64,000 nucleotides of DNA, from positions 1,730 through 65,729 of the forward strand of contig VBOY01000031.1 of NCBI GenBank assembly GCA_005893295.1. Direction: 5' to 3'. Source of the stretch: Candidatus Eiseniibacteriota bacterium (GTDB lineage: Bacteria > Eisenbacteria > RBG-16-71-46). Position 1 is the first letter of the stretch. Each line of letters begins with the position of its first letter. The position numbers and the translations under genes were made by a program. The notes under the pieces were generated by a model. It was not told where the DNA came from. It made no database searches and saw nothing but the letters and a program-made list of their open reading frames with translations. Of the stretch, positions 21,170-33,270 are shown piece after piece.

Positions 21170-22048
21170 ATGCAGCTCCTGATCGAGCACGTGAGCAAGC
21201 GTTACGGCCAGGATCTCTGGGCGCTCAGCGACTTCAGTCTCACGCTCGCCCCCGGTGTGCTCGGGCTCCTCGGTCCCAACGGAGCCGGAAAGTCTACGCT
21301 CATGCGCGTTCTCGCCACCATCACCCGGCCGACGCGGGGACGGGTGCTGTGGGACGGCGACGACATCGCGGCGCGTCCCGATCCACTCCGGCGCGTGCTC
21401 GGCTATCTCCCGCAGGATTTCGGCATCTATCCCAACCTCAGCGCCACGGAGTTCCTCGAGTACCTGGCGGCCGTGCGCGGCCTCGAGGCTCGGACGGCGC
21501 GCAAGCGGATCGATCGGCTTCTCGACCTGGTGAATCTCGCCGACGTGCGGCGGCGCCCGCTCGGTGGGTTCTCGGGCGGCATGCGCCAGCGGGTCGGCAT
21601 TGCGCAAGCGCTTCTCAACGATCCGCACCTTCTGATCGTGGATGAACCGACCGGCGGCCTCGATCCCGAGGAGCGGGTTCGCTTCCGAAACCTGCTTGGC
21701 GACCTCGCGGGTGACCGCATCGTGATCCTGTCGACGCACATCGTCTCGGACGTGGAGGCGGTGGCGACCCGCATCGTGCTGATCGCGCGCGGTCGCCTGG
21801 TTCTGGAGGCAGCCCCCGAGGCGCTCCTGGCGAGCGCCACCGGCAAGGTCTGGGAGTGGGAGATACCGAGCGGGGATCTCGTCGCGGTGCGCCAGCAGCA
21901 TCGCGTGAGCGGGGTGCTGCGGCGCGCCCAAGGCGCCACCGTCCGGGTCGTGGCGGACCAGATGCCGGGCCCGGGCGCCCGCCCCGTTCCGCCCACGCTC
22001 GAAGACGCGTACCTGACCGCGCTCCCGGCGCCGACCGCGGCTTCGTGA
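21170..22048 (+). CDS. ABC transporter ATP-binding protein (ABC-2 type)
   Basis: Walker A GPNGAGKST, signature FSGGMRQRV and Walker B LLIVDEPT. Confidence 0.9.
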   Translation: MQLLIEHVSKRYGQDLWALSDFSLTLAPGVLGLLGPNGAGKSTLMRVLATITRPTRGRVLWDGDDIAARPDPLRRVLGYLPQDFGIYPNLSATEFLEYLAAVRGLEARTARKRIDRLLDLVNLADVRRRPLGGFSGGMRQRVGIAQALLNDPHLLIVDEPTGGLDPEERVRFRNLLGDLAGDRIVILSTHIVSDVEAVATRIVLIARGRLVLEAAPEALLASATGKVWEWEIPSGDLVAVRQQHRVSGVLRRAQGATVRVVADQMPGPGARPVPPTLEDAYLTALPAPTAAS

Positions 22049-22080
22049 TGCGCGGCCGGTAGGGGGAACGAGGAGCGCGG

Positions 22081-23712
22081 ATGACCTTCGGACGGGTGCT
22101 TCGGATGCTCCAGCACATCGTCCTGTCCGACTTCCGGGAGCGGGTGCGCCGGCACGCCTTCATCATCACGCTGGCGTTCACGGTGTATGCGGCCTACATC
22201 TTTCTGCCACCGAACGGCGCGCCCTACGTGACGTTCCAGGTGGGCGGTGCGCGTGGCCTCTACGATTCCGCGTGGGTCGGGTGCACGGTGGCGCTCCTGA
22301 CCTCGGCGTTCCTGTCCCTTGCCGGCTTCTACCTGGTCAAGAACGCCATCGAGCGGGATCGGAGCACGGGCGTGGGCCAGATCCTCGCGACCACTCCGAT
22401 CACGAAGCCGCTCTACACGCTCGGGAAGGCGATCAGCAATTTCGCCGTGCTCGCGGTGTTGGCGTGCGCGGTGGCGGTGTGCGCAATCGGCATGCAGCTG
22501 CTGCGCGCGGAGCACACGGATGTCCGGCCGCTCGACGTCTTTGCGCCCTTCGCGATCGCCACCCTGCCGGCTCTCGCCGTGGTCGCGGCGCTCGCGGTGC
22601 TCTTCGAGGCCATCCCGTGGCTGCGGGGCGGGTTGGGCAACATCGTCTATTTCTTCCTATGGGGTGCTCTCGCCATGCCCGGCTCATCCTTGGTGGTGCC
22701 GCAGCCGGGGCTCGGAAACGCACTCGGCACGTCGGCGTTGGTTCCGCAAATGGCCCGCGGTGTCGCCTCCGCCTTCCCCGACATCGATTTGGCCACCGCG
22801 CGAACGAGCTTGGGCCTCACCTTCACCGAAAGGCCGCTCCAGCTGCGCACCTTCGATTGGGCCGGTCTCGAATGGGATCCGAGCACGGTGCTTCCGCGAC
22901 TCGCCTGGATGGCCATCGCCGCCGCGATTGCGCTCCTCGCGGCGGTCCCGTTCGATCGCTTCGACGTCGCGCGTGGCGTGGGGATTCGGCTCCGCGGGCG
23001 ACGGCAGGCTGGGGCGGAATTCGGCCCGCCCGTCTCGGAGCTCGACCAGGCGACCTCGTCGGTTCGCGCTCCGGTCCTCGTCGAACCCCCGAGCATTGCC
23101 CAGCGGGACGACCGACTGGTGGCGATGCTGCGAGCCGAGCTCCTGCTGGTGCGCAAGGACATGCCGCGTGCTTGGGCCCTGGTCGCGCTGGCGCTCGGCG
23201 TGGCGTGCTGGTTGGCGCCGCTCACGATCGCGCGCTTCTGGCTGTCGCCATTCGCCTGGATCTGGCCGGTACTTCTGTGGTCCGCGCTTGGAGCACGCGA
23301 GGCTCGCCACGGCACGCACGCGCTCGTCTTTCCCGCACCACACCCGATCGCGCGCCAGCTCAAGGCCACGTGGCTTTCGGGGTTCTCGATCGCGCTTGCG
23401 ATGGGAAGCGGCGTGGGCGTGCGTCTCGCGCTCGCGGGCGATACGGCAGGCGCGCTTTCATGGCTCGTGGGCGCGACGTTCATCCCTTCGATGGCGCTCG
23501 CGTGCGGCGTGTGGACCGGGAGCGGGAAGCTCTTCGAAATCCTCTACTTGCTCCTCTGGTATGCGGGGCCCTTGAACCACGTCCCGTTTCTCGACTATGC
23601 GGCGACCGTCCCCGCGAGCGTGGTGAGCGGCGCACCGCTCGGCTTCGGCGCAGCGGCGCTCGCGCTGTTGGCGATCGCCACCGCCGGCCGGGCACGCCGC
23701 ATTAAGCGCTGA
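22081..23712 (+). CDS. ABC-2 type transporter permease
   Basis: 543-aa polytopic membrane protein immediately downstream of the ATPase. Confidence 0.75.
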   Translation: MTFGRVLRMLQHIVLSDFRERVRRHAFIITLAFTVYAAYIFLPPNGAPYVTFQVGGARGLYDSAWVGCTVALLTSAFLSLAGFYLVKNAIERDRSTGVGQILATTPITKPLYTLGKAISNFAVLAVLACAVAVCAIGMQLLRAEHTDVRPLDVFAPFAIATLPALAVVAALAVLFEAIPWLRGGLGNIVYFFLWGALAMPGSSLVVPQPGLGNALGTSALVPQMARGVASAFPDIDLATARTSLGLTFTERPLQLRTFDWAGLEWDPSTVLPRLAWMAIAAAIALLAAVPFDRFDVARGVGIRLRGRRQAGAEFGPPVSELDQATSSVRAPVLVEPPSIAQRDDRLVAMLRAELLLVRKDMPRAWALVALALGVACWLAPLTIARFWLSPFAWIWPVLLWSALGAREARHGTHALVFPAPHPIARQLKATWLSGFSIALAMGSGVGVRLALAGDTAGALSWLVGATFIPSMALACGVWTGSGKLFEILYLLLWYAGPLNHVPFLDYAATVPASVVSGAPLGFGAAALALLAIATAGRARRIKR

Positions 23713-23852
23713 CGGCTCGAGTGGATCGAGCAGCGCCTGACTAAACCTCGACCGTCGGCGCGCCGATACCCAGGGCACGCTCGCGGGGACGAGGGAGCGG
23801 GGAAGAGCCGAGCCCAAGGCAATCCGAAGTGGGCCGCACGCGAGCGCGTCGG

Positions 23853-23881
23853 TTGACGCTCCCCGACCCCTGTGCTAGTTT
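23853..23881 (+). promoter_or_regulatory. Sigma70-like promoter candidate (TTGACG-17-TAGTTT) upstream of phoH
   Basis: A -35/-10 pair with 17-nt spacing in a lower-GC 366-bp intergenic region. It would give a leader of about 190 nt. Confidence 0.35.
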
Positions 23882-24078
23882 TGCTTACGTCCGGGGCCCA
23901 TACGACTCACCGTAGCGCCTTCGCAGCGGGGTTGCGGACAAAAGGAAGCCTCTGAACGACAAACAGTTGCTGGACCATCACATAAGCAAGACGGCATCCT
24001 CACCGCTCTTGACCTGGTCCCCCACGGGGCCTGTCCGGTCAGGAGTTTTGTGTTTTTCCGGGCCACGAGGTCTCCCCT

Positions 24079-25167
24079 GTGACGATCCGTAAGGTACCGA
24101 TCGAGCATCTGGATCCGGTCCGCCTCCTGGGATTGAACGACGCCAACCTCCGTCAGATCGAGAGCACGCTGCCGGTACGCATCACGCTGCGCGAAGGAAC
24201 CATCACCGTCGCGGGCGAAGAAGAGGCCGTGGGCTCGGCGTCGCGGACGCTTCACGAGCTGGTCGAGCTGGCCGAGCGCGGCAAGGTGATCGAGGAGGCC
24301 GACGTGGCGACGGCACTCGGTTTGGCACGCCGCAACGGTGATCCACCGGGCCGGCTGGCGAGCGCCTACGACGGCGCTCCGGGCTTTTCGTTCGACCGCA
24401 AGACCGTGCGCCCGCGGACCCCGATGCAGGCCGAGTACTTAAAGGCCCTGCAAGAGCGCGAAGTCGTCTTCGCGATCGGACCGGCCGGCACCGGCAAGAC
24501 GTATCTCGCGGTCGCTTCGGCCGTTCAGGCGCTGCGCCACAAGCAGGTCGAGCGCATCGTGCTGGTGCGCCCTGCGGTCGAGGCGGGGGAGAGCTTGGGT
24601 TTCCTCCCGGGCGACATGCAGGAAAAGGTGGATCCTTATCTGCGCCCGATGTACGACGCGCTCGCCGACCTGATGTCCTACGACAAGATGCGGCGCTACG
24701 TCGAGCTCGGAGTGATCGAGATCGCTCCGCTCGCCTTCATGCGCGGCCGCACGTTGCACAACTCGTTCGTGATCTTGGACGAAGCGCAGAACACCACCGT
24801 ACGCCAGATGAAGATGTTCCTCACCCGCATGGGGCTCAACTCCCGGGCGGTGATCACCGGCGACATCACGCAGATCGACCTGCGCGACCCCGACAGCTCA
24901 GGCCTGGTGCGAATCCAGGGCATCCTGGGGCCGATCCGCGACATCCGCTTCATCTACTTCCACCCCGAGGACGTGGTGCGGCACCGCCTGGTGCGCGACA
25001 TCATCCGTGCCTTCGATCAGTACCATGCGCGGCAGAACGGCAAGACCGAGGACGGAGTGGGCACGAGCCTGGACCCCGATGCGGCCGAGTCCGAGGCCGC
25101 GCGGGAGGTCGTTCAACCTCCCCCGGGTGAACCTTCGGACAGCGGGGCCCGCGGGTCCTCGCTCTAA
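24079..25167 (+). CDS. phoH: PhoH family ATPase (PhoH-like/YbeZ)
   Basis: KH-like N-terminus plus P-loop GPAGTGKTYLA. Sits in the conserved phoH, 7TM-HD, ybeY neighbourhood. Confidence 0.9.
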   Translation: MTIRKVPIEHLDPVRLLGLNDANLRQIESTLPVRITLREGTITVAGEEEAVGSASRTLHELVELAERGKVIEEADVATALGLARRNGDPPGRLASAYDGAPGFSFDRKTVRPRTPMQAEYLKALQEREVVFAIGPAGTGKTYLAVASAVQALRHKQVERIVLVRPAVEAGESLGFLPGDMQEKVDPYLRPMYDALADLMSYDKMRRYVELGVIEIAPLAFMRGRTLHNSFVILDEAQNTTVRQMKMFLTRMGLNSRAVITGDITQIDLRDPDSSGLVRIQGILGPIRDIRFIYFHPEDVVRHRLVRDIIRAFDQYHARQNGKTEDGVGTSLDPDAAESEAAREVVQPPPGEPSDSGARGSSL

Positions 25168-25185
25168 GGGCCCCGCGCGATTTCG

Positions 25186-27422
25186 TTGCCGCACACGATG
25201 ACCACGGAAGGCTCGACTCCGCTTCCGTCGCTGCCGGGGCGCGCGCGTCCCGTCCACTGGCGCAACCTCCTGGTGCGCTCCCTGCTGGTCGGCGCGCTGC
25301 TGGCGCTCGCGGCCGGGCTTCCTGGGGCCAGCCGGATGCGCGACAAGTACGGCTACCGCGAGGGAGACATCGCGCGCGAGCGCATCGTGGCCCCGTTCGA
25401 CTTCCGCGTGATCAAGGACGAGACGTCGCTCAGGCGCGAGCAGCAGGCAGCAGCGTCGGCCGTGCCCCCGGTGTTCGCGGTCGATGCGCGCGTCTCGTCG
25501 GAGACCCTGAATCGCTTCGCGACCTTCCAGGAGCAAGCGTTGGCCGTGGTCCTCGACCCCGAGATGGAAACGGCGGACCGCTTGCAACGACTGCGCACGC
25601 TCGGAGTCCCGCTCTCCGAGGAAGCCGCCGCGGCGCTGGCCACGCCGGGCCGAGCGCGGCGTGCGCTGCGCGAGCTGGGGGCGCTGCTCAACGAGGCCTT
25701 CGCCGCGGGCGTGGTGGCCGAGAAGCGCAACGGCCTGCTGCTCGGCTACGGCAGCGTGACGCTGCGCGAGGGAGAGGCCGAACAGGCACGGCCGGTGGGC
25801 CTGCTGTTCGACCGGCGCGAGGCGTTGGCGCGGGTCGAGCGCCGGGCCAAGGGAGTGTTCGCGGGCGACCCGGCGGGAGTGCGCATGATGCTCGAGCTGG
25901 CCACGCCGTTCGTGCAGCCGAACGTCGCCTACGATCGCGCCGAGACCGAGTACCGTCGCGTCCAGGCCCAGGGATCGGTGCTGACCATGGTGGGCTCGGT
26001 ACAGAAGGACGAGCTCATCGTGGATGCCAACCAGCGCATCGACCACGCGGCGGTGCTCAAGCTGCGCTCGCTGCGCGACATCGAAATGGCGCGCCGCGAC
26101 ACCCCCGAGTTCCTCTACCCGCCGCTCGCACGCATGCTGCTCATGCTGCTGTTCATCGCCGCCTTCGCCACGTATCTACGCATGGAGCTGCCGGCGGTGT
26201 TCCGGAACAATGCGATGCTCGCCACCTTCACGCTGCTCACCGCAGTGGTGGTGGCGGTGGCGCAGGTGCTGGTGGGAACGCTCGGGCTGTCGAGTTCACG
26301 GTGCCGCTCGCGGTGGGACCGGTGGTGGTGGCCTCGCTGCTGGACAAGCGGCCGGCGCTGGTGTTCACGCTCATGCTGGCGGTGGCGGTCACCGCGGTGG
26401 TCGAGCTGCGGGCGCCGTTCATGCCGGTGGCGCTGCTCGGCGGCGTCACGGCGATCTACTCGGTGTCGCGGTTACGACATCGCTGGCATTTCGCGCGCGC
26501 CAACCTGACCATCGCGGTCGCCAACCTGTCCGCCATCCTGGCCTGGGACCTGGCCCGCGCCACCCCCCTGCAAACCGTGGCACGCGACGCCATGTGGGGA
26601 GGACTCAACAGCATTCTCGCGGTCTCGCTCGCGTTCGTGCTACTGCCGATCGTGGAGCATTGGTTCGGGCTGACCTCCGACATCACGCTGCTCGAGCTCT
26701 CCGATCTCAATCGCCCGCTGCTCAAGCGGCTCCAGCTCGAAGCACCAGGGACCTACCACCACAGCATGGTGGTCGGAAGTCTGGCCGAGGCCGCGGCCGA
26801 GGCGACGGGAGCAAACTCGCTGCTCGCCCGGGTATCGGCCTATTACCACGACATCGGCAAGCTCGCGAAGCCCGAGTACTACACCGAGAACGAGCCGGTG
26901 GCCTCGCGAAGCCGACACGAGAAGCTCGCCCCGAGCATGAGCGTGCTGGTGGTGAAGTCGCACGTGTCCGAAGGGCTCGAGATGGCGCGCCGCGAGCACC
27001 TGCCGCGGGCGGTGCTGGCGGCGATCCCCGAGCATCACGGCACGATGGTGATGGCGTTCTTCTACCACAAGGCGCTCGAGCACGACGCGATGGCGCACCG
27101 CGAGGACTTCTGCTACGCGGGACCACGCCCGCGCTCGAAGGAGACCGCGATCCTGATGCTGGCCGACGGCGTCGAGGGGGCGTCGCGCGCGCTCGCGGAG
27201 CCGACGCCGAGCCGAATCCGCGGGCTCGTGACCCGCATCCTGGACGAGCGCGTTCGGGAAGGGCAGCTCGACGAGTGCGGCCTCACGCTCTCCGAGCTGG
27301 CGCGGATCCGCGAGGCGTTCATCCCGGTGCTCACCGCGATCTTCCACGTGCGCGCGCCCTACCCCGAGGATCCGAGACGGAGGCCCAAGTCGGATGCCGA
27401 TCTCCGTCGCGAGCCGGCATAG
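25186..27422 (+). pseudogene. 7TM-HD membrane phosphohydrolase (PgpH/YqfF-like) split by a frameshift near 26288-26292
   Basis: The N-part (frame 1) ends ...AQVLVGTLGL. The C-part (frame 0) continues as VEFTVPLAVGPVVVASLL... with an intact HD domain (HHSMVVG, YYHDIGK). Confidence 0.7.
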
Positions 27423-27861
27423 GGCCCGCGGGCTGGCCGTTCCGTTGCGCGCCTTGGTGCGGATGGTGCTCGCCGGCGAGGGCCGCCGGCCGGGAGAGAT
27501 CGGCATCGTGCTCGCCGACGACCTCACGTTGCGCCGTCTCAACCACCGCCACCGCGGGATCGACCGCGCCACCGACGTGCTGTCGTTCGGCTACGAGGAC
27601 GGTTCCCGGGCAGGCGTCGCGGGCGTTTCCGGCGATATCGTGATCTCGCTCGAACGCATGGTCGAGCAATCGCGGCGCTACCGCGTCAGCCGCGGGCGGG
27701 AGCTGGCGCGGCTCGTGATCCACGGGGCGCTCCACCTCGCGGGCCTTGATCACCAGCGGGCAGCGGAGCGCCGCGTCATGCGGCGTCGTGAGGAGCGCGC
27801 GCTCGAGGGCTCGCGGGGCGCGATCCGCGCCCTGGATCGATCGCTGCGCTTGGATCGGTAG
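27394..27861 (+). CDS. ybeY: rRNA maturation endoribonuclease YbeY
   Basis: HGALHLAGLDH zinc-binding motif. Confidence 0.9.
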   Translation: MPISVASRHRARGLAVPLRALVRMVLAGEGRRPGEIGIVLADDLTLRRLNHRHRGIDRATDVLSFGYEDGSRAGVAGVSGDIVISLERMVEQSRRYRVSRGRELARLVIHGALHLAGLDHQRAAERRVMRRREERALEGSRGAIRALDRSLRLDR

Positions 27862-27923
27862 CTGCCCGGCGATTTGTGACCCGGGCGCGCACATCGTAGA
27901 GTCTCCGTAAGGACTCTCGACCG

Positions 27924-28634
27924 ATGACCGACGATCTCGCGCGCCGCCCCGGCCTGCTCCAAGCGCTTCGGAACTATCTGTTTACCGGGCTCTTGGTGCT
28001 GGCCCCCACCGCGATCACCCTGTGGGTGTTCTTCCGGCTGCTCAACTGGGTGGACAACCTGCTGGGGCGCTACTTCCGTTTCGCGGCCCTCGACTACCAC
28101 CGCATCCCCGGGATCGGGCTCGTCACCACGCTGCTGCTGCTGGTGCTGGTCGGTTGGGTGGCGTCGTGGATCGGCGCCCGGTCGATGTTCGCGATGTGGG
28201 ACAGCCTGTTGACCCGCATTCCGGGCATCGGCATCCTGTACGGTTCGACCAAATCGCTCGGCGAGGCGTTCCTCACCAGGAAGAAGGAAGTCTTCCGGCA
28301 GGTGGTCCTGGTGCAGTGGCCCCATCCTGGCATGTGGCGCATCGGCTTCCTGACCGGCCCGCCCAGCAGCGAGGTGCGCGCTCGCTTCGAAGAGGAAATC
28401 GAGGTGGTGTTCGTGCCGCACACGCCCAATCCGGCTTCGGGCTTCGTCCACTACGTGCCCAAAGCCTCGATCGTCCATCTCGACTGGCCGATCGAAGACG
28501 GTCTCAAGGTGGTCGTCTCGGGAGGCGTCGTGCAACCAAACCACGTGCGGCTCAAGGAGCCCACGGCCCCTGAGGCCGCGTGGGCCGGAGCCACGCCGAA
28601 GACGCCCGCGAGCACCGAAGCGCGGAAGACTTAG
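27924..28634 (+). CDS. DUF502 domain membrane protein
   Basis: Two N-terminal TM segments plus the conserved DUF502 core ([17 protein letters not shown]). Confidence 0.75.
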   Translation: MTDDLARRPGLLQALRNYLFTGLLVLAPTAITLWVFFRLLNWVDNLLGRYFRFAALDYHRIPGIGLVTTLLLLVLVGWVASWIGARSMFAMWDSLLTRIPGIGILYGSTKSLGEAFLTRKKEVFRQVVLVQWPHPGMWRIGFLTGPPSSEVRARFEEEIEVVFVPHTPNPASGFVHYVPKASIVHLDWPIEDGLKVVVSGGVVQPNHVRLKEPTAPEAAWAGATPKTPASTEARKT

Positions 28635-28636
28635 CC

Positions 28637-29425
28637 ATGCCGCTCGCTCGCTGCGAAGGCATCGTGATCAAGACCTATGCGCTCGGCGACACCAGCCGCA
28701 TCGTGGTGGTCTACACGCGCGAGCACGGCTTGCTCAAGCTGGTGGCGAAGGGGGCGCGCAAGACCCCGAGCCGGTTCGGCTTCGCGCTCGAGCCGCTATC
28801 GCGCTCGCGCTTCGTGATCTACCACAAGCCGGATCGCGATCTGCACCTGCTCTCGCAGGCCGATACGCTGGCCCCGAACGGCTCGGAGATCGCCGACCTC
28901 GCGCGGCTCGCCCACGCCGAGGCCGCCCTCGAGCTGATCGACCGTCTGGTGTGGGGAGAGGAGCCGCACGCCGAGCTGTTCGACCTGCTCGCCACCACGG
29001 TCGAGAGCGTGACGCGCGCCCCGCTGGCTTCGCTGGGCGCCATCACCATCGCCTTCGAGCTGCAGGCGGCGAGCCTGCTCGGCTACCGGCCGCGGCTCGA
29101 CGCCTGCGCGGCCTGCGGCGGAGGACTGTCGCTGCGCCGTGTGTTCTCGCCGGCTCACGGGGGGCTCTTGTGCGATCGCTGCGCGGGCGAGCCGGGCGCG
29201 GTGCTGCTGTCGGCGGATGCGCTCGCCGGGCTGACGCTGCTGCTGTCGCGGCCGGTGTCGCAAGCGGGCGAGTTCCTCGAGGTCCAGCAGGCCGGCGAGA
29301 TCCTCAAGGTGGTGGAAGCATTCCTGCGCCATCGCTTCGAGCGCTTCCAGGGCCTGCGATCGCTCGAGCTGCTCCGCGCCCTGGCGAGCGACGAGCCGAA
29401 GGTGAGCAACCCGTGCCCGGCCTGA
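28637..29425 (+). CDS. recO: DNA repair protein RecO
   Basis: [35 protein letters not shown]-fold N-terminus and a C-terminal Cys4 (CAACG...CDRC). Confidence 0.85.
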   Translation: MPLARCEGIVIKTYALGDTSRIVVVYTREHGLLKLVAKGARKTPSRFGFALEPLSRSRFVIYHKPDRDLHLLSQADTLAPNGSEIADLARLAHAEAALELIDRLVWGEEPHAELFDLLATTVESVTRAPLASLGAITIAFELQAASLLGYRPRLDACAACGGGLSLRRVFSPAHGGLLCDRCAGEPGAVLLSADALAGLTLLLSRPVSQAGEFLEVQQAGEILKVVEAFLRHRFERFQGLRSLELLRALASDEPKVSNPCPA

Positions 29426-30381
29426 ATCCGCAGCGCTCGCTCCAGGAGATGGTGCTCACGCTCGAGACGTTCTGGGCCGAGCGCGGCTGCGTGATCCAAC
29501 AACCGTATCCTTCCGAGGTCGGCGCGGGCACGTTCAATCCCGCCACCTTCCTGCGCGCTCTGGGGCCCGAGCCCTGGCGCGTCGCCTACGTCGAGCCATC
29601 GCGGCGCCCCAAGGATGGGCGCTACGGAAAGAATCCCCACCGTTTCCAGCAGTTCTACCAGTACCAGGTGCTGCTCAAGCCCTCGCCCGAAGACGTGGTC
29701 GAGGAGTACTTCGCCTCGCTCGAATCTCTCGGGGTCGAGCCGCGCGCCCACGACCTGCGCCTGATCGAGGACGACTGGGAGTCGCCCACCTTGGGCGCAG
29801 CCGGGCTGGGCTGGCAGGTGTGGATGGACGGCACCGAGATCTCGCAGTTCACCTACTTCCAGCAGGTGGGAGGGATCGAGGTGGCTCTGGTGTCGGCCGA
29901 GCTCACCTACGGCCTCGATCGCATCGGCATGATGCTGCAGGGCAAGAACCGCGTACAGGACGTGGCCTGGGCCCCCGAGCGCCGCGCGCGAGGGCGCATC
30001 GTGGCGCACCGAGTGACGTGGGGAGATCTGTGGCTCCAAAACGAGATCGAGTACTCCCATTACAACTTCGAGCAAGCGGACACGGCGGCCCACGTGGAGA
30101 TGTTCAAGGTGTGGGAGCGTGAGGCGGATCGCCTGCTCGATCTGGGTCTGGTGAGTCCGGGCTACGACGGCGTGATCAAGTGCTCGCACCTCTTCAACGT
30201 GCTCGATGCCCGCGGCGCGATCTCGGTGAGCGAGCGAGTCGGCTACATTGCCCGGGTGCGCAAGCTCGCGCGTAAGGCCGCGCTCGCTCACCTGAAGCAG
30301 CGCGAGTCGCTGGGCTTCCCGCTGCTCGAGGACGAGGCCGAGCGAGCGAAATGGGTGAAGCCCGCGGAGGCGAGCGCGTGA
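29413..30381 (+). CDS. glyQ: Glycine--tRNA ligase alpha subunit
   Basis: [46 protein letters not shown] is strongly conserved GlyQ sequence. GTG 29413 overlaps the recO end. Confidence 0.9.
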   Translation: MPGLNPQRSLQEMVLTLETFWAERGCVIQQPYPSEVGAGTFNPATFLRALGPEPWRVAYVEPSRRPKDGRYGKNPHRFQQFYQYQVLLKPSPEDVVEEYFASLESLGVEPRAHDLRLIEDDWESPTLGAAGLGWQVWMDGTEISQFTYFQQVGGIEVALVSAELTYGLDRIGMMLQGKNRVQDVAWAPERRARGRIVAHRVTWGDLWLQNEIEYSHYNFEQADTAAHVEMFKVWEREADRLLDLGLVSPGYDGVIKCSHLFNVLDARGAISVSERVGYIARVRKLARKAALAHLKQRESLGFPLLEDEAERAKWVKPAEASA

Positions 30382-30467
30382 CACGAAGCCGCAAGGGGGC
30401 TCGCCGCACCCCCGCTGTGCGCAAGGCCGCCCGCCCGGCGGCGGTGCGCGGTGCCACTCCCGATCGC

Positions 30468-32615
30468 ATGGCCATGGGGAAGGACGACCTGCTGTTCGAG
30501 ATTGGTGTCGAAGAGCTGCCGGCCTCCTACGTTGCCCCGGCGCTCGAGCAGATGGAGCACCTCGCCCGCACCGCGCTCGAGGAGCTGCGCCTCTCGTGTG
30601 CGCGGCTCGAAACGCTCGGCACGCCCCGGCGCCTGGCCCTGGTCGTCCGCGGCGTGGCCGTGCGCCAGACCGACATCGAGGAGGAGATCCAGGGGCCGGC
30701 GTCGCGCGTGGCGTTCGACGCCGAGGGTCGGCCCACGCCCGCCCTGCTCGGGTTCTGCCGCGGCAAGGGCGTAGACCCTGCCGCCGTGCGGCGGGTGAAG
30801 ACCCCCAAGGGAGAATACGTGGCCGCCACCATCCGGCACGTGGGTCAGCCGGCCGCCCTGGTGCTGCCGAAGACGCTCGCCTCCGTCGCCACGCGCCTCC
30901 AGTTCCCCAAGTCGATGCGTTGGATCGCGGCGAACGACACCCGTTTCGCCCGCCCGGTGCGCTGGCTGGTCGCCCTGCTCGGAGGGCACACGGTCCCGGT
31001 GCGCGCGTTCGCGCTGGAGGCGGGCCGCTCGACGCGCGGCCATCGCTTTCTCCATCCGCGCAAGGTCGAGCTCTCGACCGCCCGAGACTACGCGCGGGCG
31101 CTCGAGCGCGCGCGGGTCTTGGTCGAGCCGCGGCGGCGCGCACGGCGCCTTAAGGAGCAGCTCGATCACGCGGCTCGCCGCGCCGGAGGGCGCGCCGTGG
31201 CCGACCCGGCGCTGGTCGAGATCAACAATTTCCTGGTCGAGTGGCCGACCGTGTTCGCGGGGCGCTTCGACGCCGGGCACCTGAAGCTTCCGCGCGAGGT
31301 GATCGTGACCGCCCTGCGCGAGCACCAGCGTTTCTTTGCGGTCGAAGATGGCGAGGGGCGCCTCTTGCCAATGTTTCTCGCGGTGCGCAACGGCAGCCTG
31401 GAGGGTATCGACCAGGTGCGCAAGGGCGCCGAGGACGTGCTGGCGGCTCGGCTCGAGGACGCGCGCTTCTACTGGGAGACCGACCTCAAGCATCCTCCGT
31501 GGGACCGGATCGAGCAGCTCGGCGGCGTGGTATGGATGGAAGGCTTGGGCACGCTACGCGACAAGGCCACGCGCCTCGAATCGCTCGCCGGATGGCTGGC
31601 CGAGCGGATCGCCCCCGAGGCGGCCGTGCCGGCGCGACGGGCGGCTTTGCTGTGCAAGACCGATCTGCTCTCGGAGATGATCGGGAGCGGCAAGGAGTAC
31701 GCCAGCCTGGAGGGGGTGATCGGTTCCTACTACGCGCGTGTGGCCGGCGAGCCGGAACCGGTCGCGGCCGCCATCGCGGAGCACTACCGGCCCCGAGGCC
31801 CGGCAGATGCGCTCCCCGTCACCCCCGCGGGCGTCGTGCTGTCGCTGGCCGACAAGCTCGACCACGTGGCTGGCGCGTTCGTGGCCGGCAAGGTGCCGAG
31901 CGGGAGCGAGGATCCTTACGGCGTGCGCCGCGCCGGCAACGGCGTGGTCCGCGTGCTGGTGGAGCAGCAGCGACACCTGGACTTGCGCGAGGCCACCATG
32001 GAGACGACGCAACCGTTCTTCGCCCGTCACCCCGAGCTGCCGCACGCTACGATCGTGAAAAAGCTGGGCGAGTTCTGGCGCGGCCGCGTCGAGGCGGCCC
32101 TCGAGGACCGTGACATTCCCTACGATACGCGGGAGGCGGCGCTCGAGGCCCAGGTGCAGCTGAACGGCGCGCGGCCGCGGCCGGGCTGGATCGACCCGTG
32201 GGATTGCCACGAGCGAGCGGGCGCGCTGGCCGGCTTTCGCGGCGATCGACGCTTCGAGCCGCTGGTGATCCTGTTCAAGCGGGTCGCCAACATCCTCAAG
32301 GCGGCGACCGAGCCCCTGCCGGAAGCACTCGACCGCGCGCGCCTCGCCGAGGACGCGGAGCGGGCGCTGCTCGAGGCCCTCGAGACGGCGCGCCGCCGCA
32401 CCGATCCGCTGTGGCGCCAGCGCGCCTACCGCGAGATCCTACCGGCGCTGCTCGACATGGAGGCTGCGATCCACGGCTTCTTCGATCGCGTGCTCGTGAA
32501 CGCCGAGGACGCGCCAACCAGGCTCAATCGGCTGCGCCTGCTGACCGAAGTGCGCGCGCTGTTCGTGCGCGGCTGGGACCTATCGCGTGTGGTGGTGGAA
32601 GGAGAGCGAGGCTAA
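30468..32615 (+). CDS. glyS: Glycine--tRNA ligase beta subunit
   Basis: [22 protein letters not shown]..., 715 aa. Its stop overlaps the pyrR start (TAATG). Confidence 0.9.
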   Translation: MAMGKDDLLFEIGVEELPASYVAPALEQMEHLARTALEELRLSCARLETLGTPRRLALVVRGVAVRQTDIEEEIQGPASRVAFDAEGRPTPALLGFCRGKGVDPAAVRRVKTPKGEYVAATIRHVGQPAALVLPKTLASVATRLQFPKSMRWIAANDTRFARPVRWLVALLGGHTVPVRAFALEAGRSTRGHRFLHPRKVELSTARDYARALERARVLVEPRRRARRLKEQLDHAARRAGGRAVADPALVEINNFLVEWPTVFAGRFDAGHLKLPREVIVTALREHQRFFAVEDGEGRLLPMFLAVRNGSLEGIDQVRKGAEDVLAARLEDARFYWETDLKHPPWDRIEQLGGVVWMEGLGTLRDKATRLESLAGWLAERIAPEAAVPARRAALLCKTDLLSEMIGSGKEYASLEGVIGSYYARVAGEPEPVAAAIAEHYRPRGPADALPVTPAGVVLSLADKLDHVAGAFVAGKVPSGSEDPYGVRRAGNGVVRVLVEQQRHLDLREATMETTQPFFARHPELPHATIVKKLGEFWRGRVEAALEDRDIPYDTREAALEAQVQLNGARPRPGWIDPWDCHERAGALAGFRGDRRFEPLVILFKRVANILKAATEPLPEALDRARLAEDAERALLEALETARRRTDPLWRQRAYREILPALLDMEAAIHGFFDRVLVNAEDAPTRLNRLRLLTEVRALFVRGWDLSRVVVEGERG

Positions 32616-33193
32616 TGTCGGAATCCCAAGCGAGGGAGAGCATGACGCTCAAGGAGAAGGCCGAGATCATCGATGCCGAGGGCCTGCGCAGGATCATCAC
32701 GCGCATCGCCCACGAGATCGTCGAGCGCAACAAGGGCGTGGACGACCTGGTGCTGATCGGAATCCGCCGCCGCGGCGTGCCGCTCGCCGCGCGCATCGGG
32801 CGCAAGATCGCCGAATTCGAAGGCACGGCCCCGGCCGAGGGCAGCCTCGACGTGACGCTCTATCGTGACGATCTATCGACCGTGTCGCCCCAGCCGGTGG
32901 TCGGGCCGTCCACCGACATCCCGGTCGACATCGGCGGCAAGGTGGCGGTGTTGGTGGACGACGTGCTCTACACCGGACGCACCGTGCGGGCGGCGATGGA
33001 CGCCCTGATCGACTTCGGGCGACCGCGCTCGATTCAGCTCGCGGTGGTGGTGGACCGCGGGCACCGCGAGCTCCCGATCCGTGCCGACTATGTCGGCAAG
33101 AACGTGCCGACGTCGAAGAAGGAAGTGATCGGGGTCAAGCTGGTGGAGCTGGATGGGGCGGACGGGGTCGTGATCAAGGAGATCCAGGACTAG
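32615..33193 (+). CDS. pyrR: Bifunctional pyrimidine operon regulator / uracil phosphoribosyltransferase PyrR
   Basis: PRT motif [33 protein letters not shown] before the ATG. Confidence 0.9.
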   Translation: MSESQARESMTLKEKAEIIDAEGLRRIITRIAHEIVERNKGVDDLVLIGIRRRGVPLAARIGRKIAEFEGTAPAEGSLDVTLYRDDLSTVSPQPVVGPSTDIPVDIGGKVAVLVDDVLYTGRTVRAAMDALIDFGRPRSIQLAVVVDRGHRELPIRADYVGKNVPTSKKEVIGVKLVELDGADGVVIKEIQD

Positions 33194-33270
33194 CAATCTG
33201 CTAGGTTTCGACGGAACGCCCGATGAGGCTCTGGGACGCCCAGTCCGTGATTCGAGCCCTCGCTGACCGC

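Noticed and set aside
26024-27643. 539-aa ORF in a third frame across the 7TM-HD gene
   Set aside because: Cys/Arg-rich junk translation. The real 7TM-HD protein is accounted for by the two other frames.
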